A stretch of DNA of 64,000 nt. Source: Podarcis vaucheri (Eukaryota). Position numbers and translations under genes: made by a program. Each line of letters starts with the position of its first letter. Positions within the stretch are counted from its first letter, which is position 1. The notes beneath the pieces were generated by a model. It did no database searches. It saw only the letters and a list, made by a program, of their open reading frames with translations, and was not told the origin of the DNA. Positions 61,253-64,000 of the stretch are shown piece after piece. The stretch lies in NCBI GenBank assembly GCA_965113315.1, contig OZ220378.1. One strand, given 5' to 3'.

Positions 61253-63991
61253 AAATACTAATAATAATAATTCAGCCACTTTGGGCAGCTCCCAATAGAA
61301 TATTAAACAGAATGAAACACCAAACATTAAAATTTCACTAACATTTGAGTTTATCCTGGCAATGAAGTAGACAAGGAAATGTCCCTCCAGGAAGTTCCCA
61401 GCCACCTTCAGTCACCTAACAGATGAATGGGTACCAAGTTTGAACAACTTTATTAGGGCTACTCCTCTGGCTCTCCTGCAGTCTTGAGTAAGCTTATCAT
61501 TGACTGCTAATTGGCAAACTCTCTCCTCCCAAGTGTTAACAGGAAGGCTGACCACTCCCTTCCAAGTTCGTGCCATTTCCAGTCTGGCCTCTGCTGAGCA
61601 AAGAAATATTTTTCACATGGGAGAGGTGCTTACAAAGCCAGTAAATTTCAAGCTCTTCTGACACATGACCCACCTGGAACCTCATCCTGCAACAAGAAGT
61701 GCAACACTTATATTGTGGCACTCAACCTTCCCCAACCTAATGCCTTCCCTCCCAGATGTTTTGGACTACAACTCCCATCAGCCCCTGCTAGAACAGCCAA
61801 TGGTCAGGGATGATGGGAGCCGTTGTCCAAAGCAATGCCATGTTTTCGTTGGCTGAGCATAGGTGCTTTATCCCGGGTCAGATTGCCCAGTACAGTACTT
61901 TGTTAGAATTCGCTTTCCAGGATCTGAGGCAGAGAAGGATCTTTCTCATCAGCTGCTATCTGAGATCCTCTAAACTGAAGATGCCCCGGTTGAAACTGGG
62001 ACCTTCTGCTTCAGTCCTTAGCATAGCTGTCAACTTTCAGATTTGAAAATAAGGGATCAGCAGCCTTGAAAATAAGGGATCAGCAGCCTCACCTGTCCCA
62101 GGGACAGTCTACGGGATATCTAACAGTCCGGGATAGCAGCGGGAAGCAGCAGGAAATGGCGCTGGAATAAGGGAATTTCCTGCAAAAAAAGGGAAGGTTG
62201 ACAGCTATGATCCTGAGCCTTCCTCACAGTGCTTCACAGCACACCATTATGGAGGAGGGGGTTTTCTATCCTGAAGCCAATGCCCAACGGCTCCACTGTG
62301 TCTCCCATTTTAACCATTCTCCCTCTTCTGCAGTTGCTCGTGTCTTTCAACGGGACCCTCCATGCCGACCCAAAACCTCAAGACGCTCGTTTTGGCTACT
62401 CCCTTCTGGCTGTCCCTGACCTTAATCACGACAGCTATAATGACGTTGTGGTGGGTGCGCCGCTGGAGGACAACCACCAGGGGGCAGTCTACATCTATCA
62501 TGGCTACCGCACCACAGTGCTGCCCCGCTTCAAACAGGTGAGTGGGAGCCAGTGTCCAGCTCCAGTGTTTGAGTGCTCCCCACAATTCCAACAGCTCTTC
62601 CCACTAGGACATTTCCCCCAGTGTTTAGCCAAAATTGGTGCCCCTTGCCATTTCCACCCCCAGGCCCTGTTCCTATTAACTTCCCATTATCTGGGGGCCT
62701 TAAGATGGCGTTTGTGTTTTTAGCAGGCAAATCACACTGCTGGGTGATGTTCAGCTAAGATGCCCATGTCCTTTCTTAGCTGTGCTCCTGCCAGGCCAAG
62801 TCTCCCTCCCTCATCCTAAACGTGCGGCTTCTATTTTATTTTATTGCCACTAAATGCAGCGCTTTCACATTCGACTCTGTAGTATCACAAGCTGTTTTAG
62901 GTTTCAGCTCCAACCTGTCAATATCGTTTTGATTCTTTTTTTACCTTTGGTAAATAACTATTTATTTCATTTTTAACCATGACAGTACACACAAAAATGT
63001 ATCAACGAAAACCAATAGCAAAAGAGAAGAGTAAAATGTAAAAGAGAGAAAGAAGAAAGAAAACCATAGATAACAAAATTAAGCAATGTCCTCGTACCAT
63101 TTTGATATTTGATTCTGATTCTCTCACCGCACTAAGTTCAGGACAGATAAAAGAAAATCCAGCACGTAGTTTAACTATGGAACTCTCTGCCACAGGAGGC
63201 AGGGATTGCTACCAACCTTGATGACTTTAAAAGAGGGTTAGACAAATTAATGAAGGAGGGGGGCTGTCAATGGCTACTTGCCACGAGGTCTGTGCTCTTC
63301 CTCCACTCTCGAAGGCAGTGATGCTTCCAGATATCAGTTGCTAGAAACCACAGAAGGAGAGAGGGCTCTTGAGTTCAGGTCCTGCTTGATGGTTTCACAT
63401 TGGGGCATCTGGTTGCTCACTGTGAGAACAAGTTGCTGGACTAGACAGGGTCTCCTTTGGCCTGTTCCAGCAGGCTCTTATGTTCAGTGTGGTGGTTAAG
63501 AGCGGTAGTCTTGCAATCTGGGGAACCGGGTTCGCTTCCCTGCTCCTCCACATGCAGCTGCTGGGTGACCTTGGGCTAGTCACACTTCTGTGAAGTCTCT
63601 CAGCCCCACTCAGCTCACACAGTGTTTGTTGTGGGGGAGGAAGGGAAAGGAGAATGTTAGCCGCTTTGAGACTCCTTAGGGTAGTGATAAAGCGGGATAT
63701 CAAATCCAAACTCCTCCTCCTCCTCCTCCTCCTCTTCTTCTTCTTCTTAAGTACATTTGGAACTACTGTAGTGAGAGCTCTTACAGAGCAGCATTACTGA
63801 TTAAAACCAAACACCCCACATTCTGTGTGTCTTCAGCCTTTGATTTTCTCTTTCCGGCAGCGCATTGAGTCGGCCGGCCTCCGCCGAGGCCTCCGCTACT
63901 TTGGCCGCAGCTTGGACGGGCAAATCGATTTGGATGGGGATGGCCTGGTGGACCTTGCCGTTGGAGCACAGGGTGCTGCGGTGGTCTTGAG
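26767..63991 (+). CDS. ITGA10: Integrin alpha-10 (I-domain collagen-binding integrin), exons 1-15, 3'-partial
   Basis: join(26767..26818,40163..40274,44807..44916,46144..46232,49062..49176,50225..50352,55026..55174,56096..56246,57387..57552,58181..58248,59253..59397,59984..60132,60922..61065,62334..62537,63861..63991). Signal peptide, FNID mature start, FG-GAP repeats, I-domain with MIDAS DGSNS/T/TDGES, Ca-binding [53 protein letters not shown] and [10 protein letters not shown] match alpha-10 rather than alpha-1/2/11. Confidence 0.95.
27541..27806 (+). mobile_element. 5'-truncated Sauria SINE inserted in a CR1 3' fragment
   Basis: Core and CCTTTACTTTTAC tail; CR1 sequence resumes after it (ACTCTG duplicated). 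Confidence 0.8.
28025..28245. mobile_element. Tigger/pogo-like MITE (family A), right end truncated
   Basis: Left TIR and body match. Confidence 0.8.
29555..30055 (-). mobile_element. Solo LTR interrupted by an L2 3' end (29584-29763)
   Basis: 5-bp TSD CTGCC; TG start, TAATA end (decayed TAACA); L2 insert has ATGCAA TSD; CCAAT/TATA/polyA on minus strand. Confidence 0.75.
31539..31738. mobile_element. Tigger/pogo-like MITE (family A), left end truncated
   Basis: Right TIR GAGGTACCACTG-TA and body match. Confidence 0.8.
33154..33219. repeat. Compound (CT)n(CA)n microsatellite
   Basis: direct reading. Confidence 0.95.
35793..36301 (+). mobile_element. Solo LTR inserted in a CR1 fragment
   Basis: CGTCA (decayed TGTCA)...TGACA ends, TSD GTTAA, AATAAA near 36217. 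Confidence 0.78.
36488..36713. mobile_element. Tigger/pogo-like MITE (family A)
   Basis: Same TIRs. Confidence 0.85.
38227..38284 (-). mobile_element. Very short Sauria SINE 3' end
   Basis: AAAGGTAAAGGACCCCTG tail; 21-bp TSD. Confidence 0.75.
40163..40274 (+). CDS. ITGA10: ITGA10 exon 2
   Basis: [38 protein letters not shown], 112 nt. Confidence 0.95.
40501..40733. mobile_element. Penelope-like element terminus arranged as an inverted repeat
   Basis: 101-bp arms 40530-40630 / 40633-40733 with 1 mismatch; 12-bp flanking direct repeat CTAATTTCCAGT; GGTAGCCGTGTTGGTCTG terminus typical of squamate Penelope. Confidence 0.8.
40590..40627 (-). ncRNA. Minimal type-I hammerhead ribozyme motif (Penelope-associated)
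   Basis: GUAU-CUGAAGA-A-GUGUGC/AU/GCACAC-GAAA-GC-UU-AUAC: conserved core, stem I GUAU/AUAC, stem II, palindromic AGCU in place of stem III; mirror copy on plus strand 40636-40673 has a G>A in stem II. Confidence 0.65.
41340..41870 (+). mobile_element. CR1 LINE fragment
   Basis: [34 protein letters not shown] matches CR1 ORF2 C-terminus. Confidence 0.8.
42679..43007 (-). mobile_element. Solo LTR with tandem CCAAT boxes
   Basis: TG...CA, 5-bp TSD CAGGG, repeated CCAATCAG, TATATAAA and AATAAA on minus strand. Confidence 0.8.
44582..44798 (+). mobile_element. L2-type LINE 3' end abutting the ITGA10 exon 3 acceptor
   Basis: [20 protein letters not shown]2 end, GTAAACCGCTTTGAG motif, AAAT-type tail. 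Confidence 0.7.
44807..44916 (+). CDS. ITGA10: ITGA10 exon 3
   Basis: [36 protein letters not shown], 110 nt. Confidence 0.95.
46144..46232 (+). CDS. ITGA10: ITGA10 exon 4
   Basis: [30 protein letters not shown], 89 nt. Confidence 0.93.
48344..48689 (+). mobile_element. Sauria SINE, full length, nested in a Tc1/mariner-type MITE
   Basis: Highly similar to 863-1213; flanked by ACGGAAA duplication. Confidence 0.9.
49062..49176 (+). CDS. ITGA10: ITGA10 exon 5
   Basis: [38 protein letters not shown], 115 nt. Confidence 0.96.
49394..49643 (-). mobile_element. Squam3-like SINE
   Basis: Reverse complement of 4906-5154. Confidence 0.8.
50225..50352 (+). CDS. ITGA10: ITGA10 exon 6 (I-domain start, MIDAS DxSxS)
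   Basis: [43 protein letters not shown], 128 nt. Confidence 0.97.
50494..50735. mobile_element. Tigger/pogo-like MITE (family A)
   Basis: Same TIRs/TA. Confidence 0.85.
52502..52670. mobile_element. Tc1/mariner-type MITE
   Basis: TIR CCGTATTTTT.../...AAAAATACGG flanked by TA. Confidence 0.8.
53245..53670 (-). mobile_element. L1-type LINE 3' fragment
   Basis: Minus-strand [15 protein letters not shown]...[27 protein letters not shown]-rich 3' UTR and A-rich tail. Confidence 0.7.
53928..54153. mobile_element. Tigger/pogo-like MITE (family A)
   Basis: Same TIRs/TA. Confidence 0.88.
55026..55174 (+). CDS. ITGA10: ITGA10 exon 7
   Basis: [50 protein letters not shown], 149 nt. Confidence 0.96.
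55385..55830 (-). mobile_element. L2 LINE 3' fragment
   Basis: Minus-strand [13 protein letters not shown] motif of L2 ORF2 C-terminus; same 3' UTR as copies at ~17095-17270, 19794-19980, 29584-29763. Confidence 0.8.
56096..56246 (+). CDS. ITGA10: ITGA10 exon 8
   Basis: [50 protein letters not shown], 151 nt. Confidence 0.97.
56794..56837. repeat. 22-bp tandem duplication AATTACGTTATTCCACCTCATT x2
   Basis: direct reading; abuts a SINE insertion. Confidence 0.9.
56843..57101 (+). mobile_element. 5'-truncated Sauria SINE, divergent subfamily
   Basis: Core motif and (ACCTTT)3 tail; TAATTTC on both flanks. Confidence 0.8.
57387..57552 (+). CDS. ITGA10: ITGA10 exon 9
   Basis: [55 protein letters not shown], 166 nt. 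Confidence 0.97.
58181..58248 (+). CDS. ITGA10: ITGA10 exon 10
   Basis: [23 protein letters not shown], 68 nt. Confidence 0.95.
59253..59397 (+). CDS. ITGA10: ITGA10 exon 11
   Basis: [20 protein letters not shown]...LKNHAAYL, 145 nt. Confidence 0.96.
59984..60132 (+). CDS. ITGA10: ITGA10 exon 12
   Basis: [29 protein letters not shown]...ALTGDQ, 149 nt. Confidence 0.96.
60687..60745. repeat. (GATA)n microsatellite
   Basis: direct reading. Confidence 0.95.
60922..61065 (+). CDS. ITGA10: ITGA10 exon 13
   Basis: [48 protein letters not shown], 144 nt. Confidence 0.97.
62022..62209. mobile_element. hAT-type MITE with internal 23-bp tandem duplication
   Basis: TIR CATAGCTGTCAAC/GTTGACAGCTATG; imperfect 8-bp TSD gtccttag/atcctgag; TGAAAATAAGGGATCAGCAGCCT x2 at 62044-62089. 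Confidence 0.75.
62334..62537 (+). CDS. ITGA10: ITGA10 exon 14
   Basis: [23 protein letters not shown]...[18 protein letters not shown]...LPRFKQ, 204 nt. Confidence 0.96.
63485..63748 (+). mobile_element. Squam3-like SINE
   Basis: Near-identical to 4906-5154, (CTC/CTT)n tail. Confidence 0.8.
63861..63991 (+). CDS. ITGA10: ITGA10 exon 15
   Basis: [43 protein letters not shown], 131 nt, donor gtgagg. Confidence 0.96.
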
Positions 63992-64000
63992 GTGAGGAAA

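Overview
Vertebrate genomic DNA from a squamate, most likely a lacertid lizard: it carries Sauria SINEs, Squam3-like SINEs, CR1/L2/RTE/L1 remnants and Tigger-like MITEs. Three spliced protein-coding genes can be reconstructed from GT-AG junctions and phase continuity. (1) Cathepsin F (CTSF), minus strand, exons 1-10 (13938 to 591); its 3' exons lie outside the window. (2) BANF1, minus strand, complete 89-aa CDS, with a probable non-coding exon 1 near 22.15-22.2 kb. (3) Integrin alpha-10 (ITGA10), plus strand, exons 1-15 (26767 to 63991), continuing beyond the window. A 130-N gap separates the BANF1 promoter from the ITGA10 upstream region. Most striking: the first three CTSF exons encode a signal peptide plus an intact type-2 cystatin (Gly, QVVNG, PW, 4 Cys) resembling cystatin E/M, and they sit directly downstream of BANF1, where mammals have CST6. 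This suggests CST6 and the CTSF cystatin prodomain descend from one locus. Also notable are a near-perfect 101-bp-arm Penelope palindrome carrying two minimal hammerhead-ribozyme motifs, and a BANF1/ITGA10 adjacency with no EIF1AD visible. Almost all entries in the supplied ORF track are spurious intronic or repeat ORFs. Comparisons to human genes are from memory and need database confirmation.
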